From an uncultured Phycisphaerales bacterium (GTDB lineage: Bacteria > Planctomycetota > Phycisphaerae > Tepidisphaerales > Tepidisphaeraceae): DNA of 64,000 nucleotides. Location: NCBI GenBank assembly GCA_963758525.1, contig CAVWVQ010000003.1:2432001-2496000 (forward strand), written 5' to 3'. The notes beneath the pieces were generated by a model that had not been told where the DNA came from, did no database searches, and worked only from the letters and a program-made list of their open reading frames with translations. Positions 29,805 to 37,818 of the stretch are shown one piece after another. The first letter of the stretch is position 1; each line of letters opens with the position of its first letter. A program made the position numbers and the translations under genes.

Positions 29805-29991
29805 TTAGGGCCCGCGCACGAATAACTTGCTCAAATAATTTCGAAGTTAGCGGAGGGCGATTCCCCTGTAGCACAGCCGTCTGGGCTGTGATTTCGGGCC
29901 ACAGCCGAGACGGCGCCAAGACGGCCGTGCTACGCAATTGCGTCACCTGTAGCTTCGAAATTGCTCAAGCTATTCGTGCGCGAGCACGTAG
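29805..29991. mobile_element. MITE-like element with nested GTAG-footed REP doublet, family G (29867-29933)
   Basis: Inverted ends GCGCACGAATAACTTGCTCAA / TTGCTCAAGCTATTCGTGCGC; empty homolog at 56790-56900. Confidence 0.75.
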
Positions 29992-30057
29992 ATTGGCGAC
30001 TCACGACCGGGAAAATATCTTATCATCTGAGCATGGCGTTAGTGCGGATGGGCAAGA

Positions 30058-31173
30058 TCAATACGTCCTGCCGATGTACCCCACGATCGCCCGCTTCAGC
30101 TCGAGGGCATCGAACGCTCCCGTTTGTCGATAGAGCACTTTCCCGCCGGGCGCCACCAGCAGCGTAAACGGCACGGGCCCCTGCCAACTTTTATCCAGCG
30201 CATTCACCAGCGCGTCCTTGTCGTCGCTGCTCCAGATCCGGTTCTCGAATGCCAGGTGATGCTCCTTCAAGAATTCCAGAACCTGATCCTTTTTGTCCGC
30301 ATCGTCCATGCTGATGGTAATGGTCTCCAGCTTGCGACTTCGATAAATCCGGTTGATCTCCAGCAGCTCCGGCATTTCCGCCACGCACGGCCCGCACCAC
30401 GTCGCCCAGACATTGATCAGCCGAAGGTTCTTCGAGTCGTTCGCCGCCAGCTTTTTCACCCCGTCCGCATCGACCCCTTCCAGCGTCACTGGCTCGGCGT
30501 CCCATTTCTCAATCGCCTTTTTCGCGTTGCCGGACTTTTCGATCCACTTCGTCGAGCAACCAAAGACATGCGTTCTCTCCACCGGCACCGGCTTCCCCGC
30601 CAGGATCGCCTCAATCGCGTTGATCGCGTCGGTGTGATGGACCGTCTTCACATCCGAGTCATCGATGCGGCCCTCGTATCGCAGCTTCCGATCTCCGTCA
30701 AAGATAAACACATGCGGCGTCGCGACGCATCCATACGCGTGCGCCGTTTTCTGCGTATCGCCGTCATACAGATAGGGAAAATTAAACTGTTGTTCCTTCG
30801 CTCGCAGCTTCATGTCGTCGAATGAATCGCTGACGTCGGAGTAGCGTAACTCATCGAGCAGCAGCGCGTCGGGATTGTTCGGATTGATCGCGACCACGGC
30901 CACGCCCTTGTCGCGGTAGTCGGTTGCAAGTTTTTTGATGCGTCCTTCGTATGCCTGGGCCGTGGGGCAGTGATTGCAGGTGAAGACAACGACGAGGATC
31001 TTCGCCGACGCGAAGTCGTGAAGCGTGTATTGCTTGCCGTCGACACCGGGCAGGTTGAAATCGGGGGCGGTTGCGCCGATGTCCAGCGTGTGGACCTCGG
31101 CGGCATGGGACAGGGGAGACCAGAGAAGCAACGCCACTACGGCAATCAGGATGGGGCGGTTCATACCATTCAA
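30058..31173 (-). CDS. Exported tandem redoxin (AhpC/TSA-like plus TlpA-like domains)
   Basis: Signal peptide; FTCNHCP and WATWCGPC motifs. Confidence 0.85.
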   Translation of the reverse strand: MNGMNRPILIAVVALLLWSPLSHAAEVHTLDIGATAPDFNLPGVDGKQYTLHDFASAKILVVVFTCNHCPTAQAYEGRIKKLATDYRDKGVAVVAINPNNPDALLLDELRYSDVSDSFDDMKLRAKEQQFNFPYLYDGDTQKTAHAYGCVATPHVFIFDGDRKLRYEGRIDDSDVKTVHHTDAINAIEAILAGKPVPVERTHVFGCSTKWIEKSGNAKKAIEKWDAEPVTLEGVDADGVKKLAANDSKNLRLINVWATWCGPCVAEMPELLEINRIYRSRKLETITISMDDADKKDQVLEFLKEHHLAFENRIWSSDDKDALVNALDKSWQGPVPFTLLVAPGGKVLYRQTGAFDALELKRAIVGYIGRTY

Positions 31174-31219
31174 TACCGAGCATGCGAGCCGGCGCTGCGT
31201 GATGGATGACCCTCGAGCA

Positions 31220-32569
31220 TCACCGCGTATTCGACCCCATCGGCGTCAGCACGTTCAGCCGGCCGCGCTTGATCGTCAGCGGCACGACCGGATCTTCCGG
31301 ACACCGGGCGGCAAATTCATCGTAATATTTATTGATGAACGTGCGGGTCGCCCAGGCGGTGCCGTCGGCTAAGCCGCAGATGGTGGTGCCGGGCATGATG
31401 CCCATGGTTTTTTCCAATTCCATGAGCATGTCGATGTCTTTTGCCCGGCCCATGCCGTCCATGATGCGGTTGAGGATCTTGTGCATCCACCCGGAGCCTT
31501 CGCGGCAGGGAGTGCATTGGCCGCAGCTCTCGTGGGCATAGAAGCGGACGCAGTTGCGGAGGGCGGCAACCATGTCGGTGTGCTCGTTCATGACGATCAT
31601 GCCGGCGGTGCCGAGGCCGAGGCACCCGCCGCGGAAGCGGACGTCGTCGAAGTCGAGCTTGATGTCGAGTTCGTTGGGCCCGAGCACGCCCATGGAGATT
31701 CCGCCGCAGATGGCGCCTTTGTATCTGCCGCCTTTCATCCCGCCGGAGAGCTCATTAATGGCGAACTCGAGAGTGATTCCCAGTTCCTGTTCGTAGACGC
31801 CCGGCTTATTGACGTGGCCGCTCATGCCGTAGAGCTTGGGGCCTGGGGAGCTCTTGGTTCCCATGGATTTGAACCAGTCGGCGCCGCGCTCGATGATCGG
31901 GGGAACCAGGCAGAGCGTTTCCACATTGTTGATCACGGTCGGCCGGGCAAATGCGCCGGCGATCGCGGGAAACGGCGGCTTGTTGCGCGGCCAGCCGCGC
32001 TTGCCTTCAAGGCTTTCCAACAATCCGGTTTCCTCGCCGCAGATATAGGCGCCCGCGCCGCGGTGCACGAAACATTCGAGCTTGTAGTCGCTGCCGAGCA
32101 TCCCCCGCTGGCCGAAAATTCCCTTCTCATACGCCTCGGCGATCGCGCGCTCAAGCACCTTCGCCTGATGGTGGTACTCGCCGCGGATGTAGACGTAGGC
32201 AATGTCGCACTGGGTCGCCCGGCTGGCAATCGCGATACCTTCGAGCATGGAATGCGGATCGAAATCAATGAGATACCGATCCTTAAAGGTGCCCGGCTCG
32301 GATTCGTCTGCATTGACCGCAAGGTAATGCGGGCCCTTCTTTTCCTTGGGAATGAACGACCACTTCTGCCCGGCACTGAAACCCGCCCCGCCGCGGCCGC
32401 GCAGGCCGCTGTCGATCATCAGCTTGATGATCGCTTCGGGCGACATCTCCAGCGATTTCTTCAGCGCGGCATACCCACCGGTCGCGACGTAGTCGTCGTA
32501 CCAGTGGACCTTCCGTTTTGCGGGATCGGCATCAATTCGCTTGGTGAGGACCGGTTCGGTGAAAGCCAT
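31220..32569 (-). CDS. nuoF: NADH-quinone oxidoreductase subunit F
   Basis: GLRGRGGAGF, NADESEPGTFKD, GAYICGEET, ESCGQCTPCREG, TICGL. Confidence 0.97.
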   Translation of the reverse strand: MAFTEPVLTKRIDADPAKRKVHWYDDYVATGGYAALKKSLEMSPEAIIKLMIDSGLRGRGGAGFSAGQKWSFIPKEKKGPHYLAVNADESEPGTFKDRYLIDFDPHSMLEGIAIASRATQCDIAYVYIRGEYHHQAKVLERAIAEAYEKGIFGQRGMLGSDYKLECFVHRGAGAYICGEETGLLESLEGKRGWPRNKPPFPAIAGAFARPTVINNVETLCLVPPIIERGADWFKSMGTKSSPGPKLYGMSGHVNKPGVYEQELGITLEFAINELSGGMKGGRYKGAICGGISMGVLGPNELDIKLDFDDVRFRGGCLGLGTAGMIVMNEHTDMVAALRNCVRFYAHESCGQCTPCREGSGWMHKILNRIMDGMGRAKDIDMLMELEKTMGIMPGTTICGLADGTAWATRTFINKYYDEFAARCPEDPVVPLTIKRGRLNVLTPMGSNTR

Positions 32570-32620
32570 AATTGTCTCAGTTCGTCTCTATTGTTGACGC
32601 CGCTGATCAAGGTTGCTGCC

Positions 32621-32732
32621 CCGTGGCATGGGCGTCTCGCCCATGTTAGCGGCACGGAGCTTCAAAAAAGCCCTTGCTATCCCAAGTTTTCGACTCCCGC
32701 GTCGCCAACACGGGCGGGACGCCCGTCCAACG
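32621..32732. repeat. REP-like doublet, family C
   Basis: CCGTGGCATGGGCGTCTCGCCCATGTT ... AACACGGGCGGGACGCCCGTCCAACG. Confidence 0.75.
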
Positions 32733-32785
32733 CGCAGAGACTCACTACTTCTTCAATCGTGGCAGATAATTCTCACCACTGGGCG

Positions 32786-33001
32786 CTAACTTTCAATCTT
32801 CTTCTTCGGAGCCACGATCACTTCGTCGATCACGGTTCGCCGGAGTGTAACGCCTGGCTGATTGGGAATCTGCTGCTCTTGAACGCGATTGTCGCGATAT
32901 ATCGTCTTTGGGCCGCCGGGATCCGTGTCGATGGCCTTTTTCACGTGTCCGACCTGCCGGCCCAGCCAGCCCCAAAGACCTTTGCCGCGCGGAGTGCTCA
33001 T
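32786..33001 (-). CDS. Small hypothetical protein (71 aa)
   Basis: MSTPRGKGLWGWLGRQVGHVKKAI...TLRRTVIDEV; ATGA overlap with the upstream gene. Confidence 0.65.
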   Translation of the reverse strand: MSTPRGKGLWGWLGRQVGHVKKAIDTDPGGPKTIYRDNRVQEQQIPNQPGVTLRRTVIDEVIVAPKKKIES

Positions 33002-33279
33002 GGGTGATCGCTGGGTTCGATGCCGAATTCTTTTTGCGCCAACCGCAGCGCGTCTTCGCGGGACACATGCCAGGTGTCGCCGACGAACCCGCCGTCGGCG
33101 TCCATGCGATAGAAGACCCAGCTTCCCGCCTGCTCTTCGATGACCAGCCGCGAAACCATGCCGCTCTGCGGGCGAACGCCCACGCCGCGGATCGAGCCGA
33201 GATTCATTGCCGCGTGCGGCAGGCAATCATTGCTCGCCGGCATCGGCTTTTTCAACAGGATGCTGATTTTGCCCGGCAT
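32998..33279 (-). CDS. Small hypothetical protein (93 aa, GDTWH motif)
   Basis: VFYRMDADGGFVGDTWHVSREDALRLAQKEFG; starts 1 nt after the upstream stop. Confidence 0.65.
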   Translation of the reverse strand: MPGKISILLKKPMPASNDCLPHAAMNLGSIRGVGVRPQSGMVSRLVIEEQAGSWVFYRMDADGGFVGDTWHVSREDALRLAQKEFGIEPSDHP

Positions 33280-33280
33280 T

Positions 33281-33871
33281 TTATTTCTTCGGCAAATTGC
33301 CGATGGTGCGCGTCTGCGGGTCGTAGTTGTCAATAAACAGCTTGATGTCGTTGATGGTATCGTCGCTGTGCCCAAAACTCAGAATTGCGTCCTTGGCCTT
33401 TGCTTTGTCGTATCCCATCACCGATTCCTGATACGCCGCGACAAACATCGCCGTCCGCCGAACCCCCTGCGCACAGTGCAGAAGCACTGGCTGACTCGAC
33501 GGGGTCTGGGCGATCTTGAGAAACGCCTGAATATCGTCGCTGGTCGGCCAGCCGCCAAGCTTCACCGCAATCCGCTGATACTGAACTCCTCTGCCCGCGA
33601 GATATGCCGGCTCCATCCCAAATTGAGGTTTCTTCGGATCTTTCAGCTCAGTGTCATCGATGAGGCTCACCACCGTGTTAGCCTTTACCTTTTCTACGGC
33701 AGCGCCCAACTCCTGAATCGAGCGGGCTCCGTCGCGATACAGCACGCCCGGCTGAACCGTCGCCAGGTGATAGGTGCTGATGTGAAGATGCACCGCTATC
33801 GCCAGGCCCGTTCCGACGATCAGAACACCAATTAACGCGACAAACCGCTTGCGCGTGTCTTTGCTGATCAC
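33281..33871 (-). CDS. Membrane-anchored tyrosine/dual-specificity phosphatase family protein
   Basis: N-terminal TM; PGVLYR; CX5R loop LLHCAQGVRRT. Confidence 0.85.
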   Translation of the reverse strand: MISKDTRKRFVALIGVLIVGTGLAIAVHLHISTYHLATVQPGVLYRDGARSIQELGAAVEKVKANTVVSLIDDTELKDPKKPQFGMEPAYLAGRGVQYQRIAVKLGGWPTSDDIQAFLKIAQTPSSQPVLLHCAQGVRRTAMFVAAYQESVMGYDKAKAKDAILSFGHSDDTINDIKLFIDNYDPQTRTIGNLPKK

Positions 33872-33878
33872 TTGGTCG

Positions 33879-34457
33879 CTAATGCTTTTCCTCGTCCCAG
33901 GTGATGGTGGGGTCCTTGAAGTCGTGCGCCTCTTCCGGGAGCTTTTCGATAAGCTCGTCGATCATCTGGACGGTTACGTCTTCGTAAAGCACTTCATTGC
34001 ACAAAACCGCCGGAGCCGTCCCGCAGGAGCCGAGGCACTCGAGCTCGACCAGCGTGAACCGTCCGTCGGCGGTGGTTTCGCCGAGTTCCAGACCCAGTTT
34101 CTCCTGAAGATGCGCGGTAATCTCGCGCGACCCGCAAATCTCGCAGGAGAGCGACCGGCACACCTGCAGGAGATACTTTCCCTTCGGCTTCAGCCAGTAT
34201 TCCTCGTAGAAGGTCGCCGTATCAAGCACCTCCGCCGGCGAAAGCTCCAGAAACGATGCGATCTCTTCCATCGCCTGCATGGGAATCCAGTTGTAAGCAT
34301 GCTGCACCGCGTGCAGCGCCGGCAGCAGGACCGCGCGCTTCGTCGGATAGCGCGGGAAATACTTGCTCGAGAGCGTGTGCTTGATCTCATCGGTCAGATA
34401 TGGCTCATCTCGTTTTTCAACGACAGCCGTCCGGCGGTTTTCGGTAATCCAGGCCAT
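33879..34457 (-). CDS. nuoE: NADH-quinone oxidoreductase subunit E
   Basis: TATFY, CRSLSC, ECLGSCGTAP 2Fe-2S ligands. Confidence 0.95.
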   Translation of the reverse strand: MAWITENRRTAVVEKRDEPYLTDEIKHTLSSKYFPRYPTKRAVLLPALHAVQHAYNWIPMQAMEEIASFLELSPAEVLDTATFYEEYWLKPKGKYLLQVCRSLSCEICGSREITAHLQEKLGLELGETTADGRFTLVELECLGSCGTAPAVLCNEVLYEDVTVQMIDELIEKLPEEAHDFKDPTITWDEEKH

Positions 34458-34468
34458 AGCGACGAATC

Positions 34469-34804
34469 CTAATCGATTTCCACCAGCGGCTCTCCCCTTC
34501 GCAGAAGATCGAGCGCATCCGGAAAAGCTTTCACCAACCGTGCCTGCAACAACAACGTCGGCAGGTTTCCGATATTGAGCCAAAGTATCTGTGGTGGATG
34601 ACCTCGACGCTCCACCAGTTCTACGAAATCGTAATCCTTTGTCACGATGACGATTTGTCCAAAACGACTTCCGGCTTCAAAAAGGTCCAAATCTTCGGCG
34701 TTCCGAAGCCCAATTTCATCCAGTGACTTAGCAGCAACATCGAATTTCGTTGCAAGCCAGGAGGCCAGCGCGGGATCTAAATGTGCATCCAGCCAGAAGG
34801 TCAC
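34469..34804 (-). CDS. DUF5615 PIN-like toxin
   Basis: FWLDAHL, AEDLDLF, IVTKDYDF, GHPPQILWLNIGN; GTGA overlap with DUF433 gene. Confidence 0.85.
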   Translation of the reverse strand: MTFWLDAHLDPALASWLATKFDVAAKSLDEIGLRNAEDLDLFEAGSRFGQIVIVTKDYDFVELVERRGHPPQILWLNIGNLPTLLLQARLVKAFPDALDLLRRGEPLVEID

Positions 34805-35025
34805 ACAACTCCCAGCGTCGGATGAGAGACGCGCTTGGCGGCGAACTCCAGGCACGCACGCACATCTTCCACCTCGACGTACGGAAGCTGAACCGTGATC
34901 TCCTGCGGAGTCATGCCTTCAGCGAGCAATTCCAGCACATCCTGCACGCGAACACGCATCCCGCGAATACACGGCTTGCCGCCGCACTGCCTGGGGTTGA
35001 ACGTAATGCGTTCAAGGCGATTCAT
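34801..35025 (-). CDS. DUF433 antitoxin
   Basis: ITFNPRQCGGKPCIRGMRVRVQDVLELLAEG...DVRACLEFA. Confidence 0.92.
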   Translation of the reverse strand: MNRLERITFNPRQCGGKPCIRGMRVRVQDVLELLAEGMTPQEITVQLPYVEVEDVRACLEFAAKRVSHPTLGVV

Positions 35026-35041
35026 GATGGCTCACCAGATT

Positions 35042-36310
35042 TTACCGATCCAATTCCGCCGCGATCACATTAATGCTTCCCAGTACCGCAACAACGTCGC
35101 TAATCATGTGCCCTTCAATCAACTTCGGGAACACTTGATAATTAATGAAAATGCACGGCCGGGTGCGGGCGCGCCACGGCACATTTTCGCCGGCGCTGAC
35201 GATGTAATATCCTAGCTCGCCGTTGGCGCTTTCGATGCAGCCGTACACCTCGCCCTTGGGCGCGGCAAATCCGCGGTTGGTCATGATCAGCTCGAAGTGC
35301 TGAATCAACCCTTCAATACTGCTGTACACCTGCTCCTTGGGCGGAAGCACTTCCTTGCCTTCGGGGCTGACGTTCACCGGGCCGCCCGGAATGTTGTCGA
35401 TGAGTTGGCGGATGATGTGCAGGCTCTGCTTCACTTCCTCCAGCCGGACCAGATAGCGGGCGTAGACGTCGCCGGTGGTCATCACCGGCACTTGGAAATT
35501 GACCGCCGGGGTCCCCTGCCCGTCCCAATTGTCCGCGTAACAGAGATATGGCTCATCCTTGCGGATATCGCGACGCACGCCGGATGCCCGCGCCATTGGG
35601 CCGGTGATGCTCCATGAGATCGCCTCTTCGCGGGTCAGAACCCCCACGCCCTTGGTGCGATCGACGAAGATCCGATTCTTATTGAGCAATTTTTCGACAT
35701 CCTCGGAAGCCCGCGGCATTGCATTGTCGACGAAGTCTTTGACCATCCGCTTGAACAACGGCTCATCGGGAAGGTCCATGTTCAACCCCCCTACCCGCGT
35801 CCAACTGGTGTGGAAACGCTGCCCGCTCATCAGCTCGACGATATCGTAGATTTTTTCGCGCTCATTGAAGCCGTACAGGAACGCCGTGAAAGCTCCAAGA
35901 TCCAGCCCAGCAGCGCCGATGCAGAGCAAATGGCTCTGAATCCGCCCCAGTTCGTTGGCAATCGTCCGCAGCACCTTGCATCGCGGCGTCAGCTCGATCC
36001 CCATCAGCTTTTCAGTGGCGTGATGCCAGGCCAATTCGTTGTAGATTGGCGCGGAATAATCCATCCGGTCGACGATCGTGACATATTGATTGTAATTGAG
36101 GTGTTCGCCGAGCTTCTCGAAGCCGCTGTGAAGATAGCCGATATGCGGGATGCACTTGACGATGCGCTCCCCATCGAGCTCCAGGACGATGCGCAGGGTG
36201 GTATGAGTCGCCGGATGCTGGGGTCCGAAATTCAGCGTCCAGCGGTTTTCGCCGTCAGTTTCCACTTCCGGCGTGTCGTCGTCGATGACTGGTGACAATG
36301 TATAGGGCAT
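35042..36310 (-). CDS. nuoD: NADH-quinone oxidoreductase subunit D
   Basis: LNFGPQHPATH, GYLHSGFEK, RMDY, GELGYY, terminal ELDR. Confidence 0.96.
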   Translation of the reverse strand: MPYTLSPVIDDDTPEVETDGENRWTLNFGPQHPATHTTLRIVLELDGERIVKCIPHIGYLHSGFEKLGEHLNYNQYVTIVDRMDYSAPIYNELAWHHATEKLMGIELTPRCKVLRTIANELGRIQSHLLCIGAAGLDLGAFTAFLYGFNEREKIYDIVELMSGQRFHTSWTRVGGLNMDLPDEPLFKRMVKDFVDNAMPRASEDVEKLLNKNRIFVDRTKGVGVLTREEAISWSITGPMARASGVRRDIRKDEPYLCYADNWDGQGTPAVNFQVPVMTTGDVYARYLVRLEEVKQSLHIIRQLIDNIPGGPVNVSPEGKEVLPPKEQVYSSIEGLIQHFELIMTNRGFAAPKGEVYGCIESANGELGYYIVSAGENVPWRARTRPCIFINYQVFPKLIEGHMISDVVAVLGSINVIAAELDR

Positions 36311-36599
36311 ATCCGCAAATCCTTCACTACGCAGGCTCCGCGCAGACCCGCGGCGCCGGCGACGCGGATTATACCGGCCATGCGGCGTCTCGCCAGCGAG
36401 TGCGAGAAATGCAGGCGCGAGAAATGCCTGGACGAGCGGCGCGATAGTCCTCTGGCCTTTCCGGCGCGGATGAGTTCTCGTCGGACTTCTTAGTCAGCAA
36501 TCGCTGGCACAATGATTTGCGAGCCTGCGGCGATTTGAGAAGCGAGTCACCGGCGGCAGGCTTCTGCCTCTTGGTTGTCTTCGCGATGAGTGGCTGATG

Positions 36600-37787
36600 T
36601 TACGCCGCCGGGCGCTGCTGCGATGGACCTGACGTCCGAGCGGCGTCGGGAGTTGCGGGAGGCTCGTCTTCACGTAGCTGCCGGTGGATGTCCACGATGC
36701 GATCGAGGCTGCGAACCAGTGCGTTGACAACGTTCGGGTCGAACTGCGTGCCGGAGCCATCGACGATAATCTTCAGCGCCGCGTCGACTTCCATCGCCGC
36801 CTTGTAGGGTCGCTTGTTGGTCAGTGCGTCGAAGACGTCGGCAACAGAGACAATCCGGCCCGCGAGCGGAATCGCCTCGCCCGCAATGCCGTTGGGGTAG
36901 CCACGGCCGTCCCACCGCTCGTGGTGGGTTGTAATGATCGTTTGCACCAGGGCCAGGAGCGGTTGAGAACCCAGGGATGGTGACTCGACGGCGACTTCAT
37001 CGTGGGTTCGGACCGCCTGCCATTCTTCATCGGTGAGCGGCCGGGCGATCCGTGCGCCGGTCATGCAATGTCGCTGCATGAGCGCGAACTCCTCGCTCGT
37101 CAGCTTGCCGGGTTTGTTGAGGATGGCATCGGGCACCCCGATTTTGCCAACGTCGTGCAGTTGCGCGGCGAGCCCGATCAAACGGGCGTCGCTCTCGCTG
37201 CAGCCCACTTCGCGCGCCAGCACGCCGGCGTACCTGCCGACGCGAAGCACGTGCTGCCCGGTGGTGTCATCGCGTAGCTCGCCGGCTCGGGCCAGGCAAT
37301 AGATCACCTGCAGATTCGACGCCTCGAGTTCTGCCGTGCGAATTTGCACCTGGCGCTCGAGTTCCTGCGCGTAATGCGCCAGATGATCGTGGTGCGCCTT
37401 AACGATCAGGGCGTTGCGCAGTCGCGGGATGAGGTCATTGGGATCGACGGGTTTGGCGAGAAAGTCAGTGGCGCCTGCATCGAGGCATTTCAGCTTGGTC
37501 TGGGCATCGGTTGAGGCTGTGAGGATGAGTACCGGCAGGTGCCGCAGTTGGTGCGTTGCGCGGATGGACTGGAGAATCTGGATGCCATCGATCTTTGGCA
37601 TCATGACGTCCAATAAAACGACGTCGGGTGATTGCTCGGTGATCAAAGCGATCGCAGCCGTTGAATCCGTGGTTGAAACGAAGTCGCTGTAGCCAGCGCC
37701 CTGGAGATGCTTGCGAACGACCTTGATGTTGATCGATTCGTCATCGACGATCGCAATCCGGGCTGATTTGTGGTCGTTTGCAACCAT
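36600..37787 (-). CDS. REC plus HD-GYP response regulator (cyclic dinucleotide phosphodiesterase)
   Basis: IVDDE, LLDVMMP, FLAKP; LHDVGKIG, HHERWDGRGYP, DVFDAL..RPYK. Confidence 0.92.
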   Translation of the reverse strand: MVANDHKSARIAIVDDESINIKVVRKHLQGAGYSDFVSTTDSTAAIALITEQSPDVVLLDVMMPKIDGIQILQSIRATHQLRHLPVLILTASTDAQTKLKCLDAGATDFLAKPVDPNDLIPRLRNALIVKAHHDHLAHYAQELERQVQIRTAELEASNLQVIYCLARAGELRDDTTGQHVLRVGRYAGVLAREVGCSESDARLIGLAAQLHDVGKIGVPDAILNKPGKLTSEEFALMQRHCMTGARIARPLTDEEWQAVRTHDEVAVESPSLGSQPLLALVQTIITTHHERWDGRGYPNGIAGEAIPLAGRIVSVADVFDALTNKRPYKAAMEVDAALKIIVDGSGTQFDPNVVNALVRSLDRIVDIHRQLREDEPPATPDAARTSGPSQQRPAA

Positions 37788-37818
37788 CGTTAGACACCGA
37801 ATCAGCTGCCTGCAGGTG

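Noticed and set aside
31481..33007. Long antisense ORFs (508 aa here; also 38617-40407, 16370-17506, 445-1515)
   Set aside because: Shadow ORFs opposite well-supported genes in GC-rich DNA, with no recognisable motifs.
36504..36520. Sigma-54-like TGGCACAATGATTTGC
   Set aside because: GG-to-GC spacing is one base too long, and it points into the 3' end of an opposite-strand gene.
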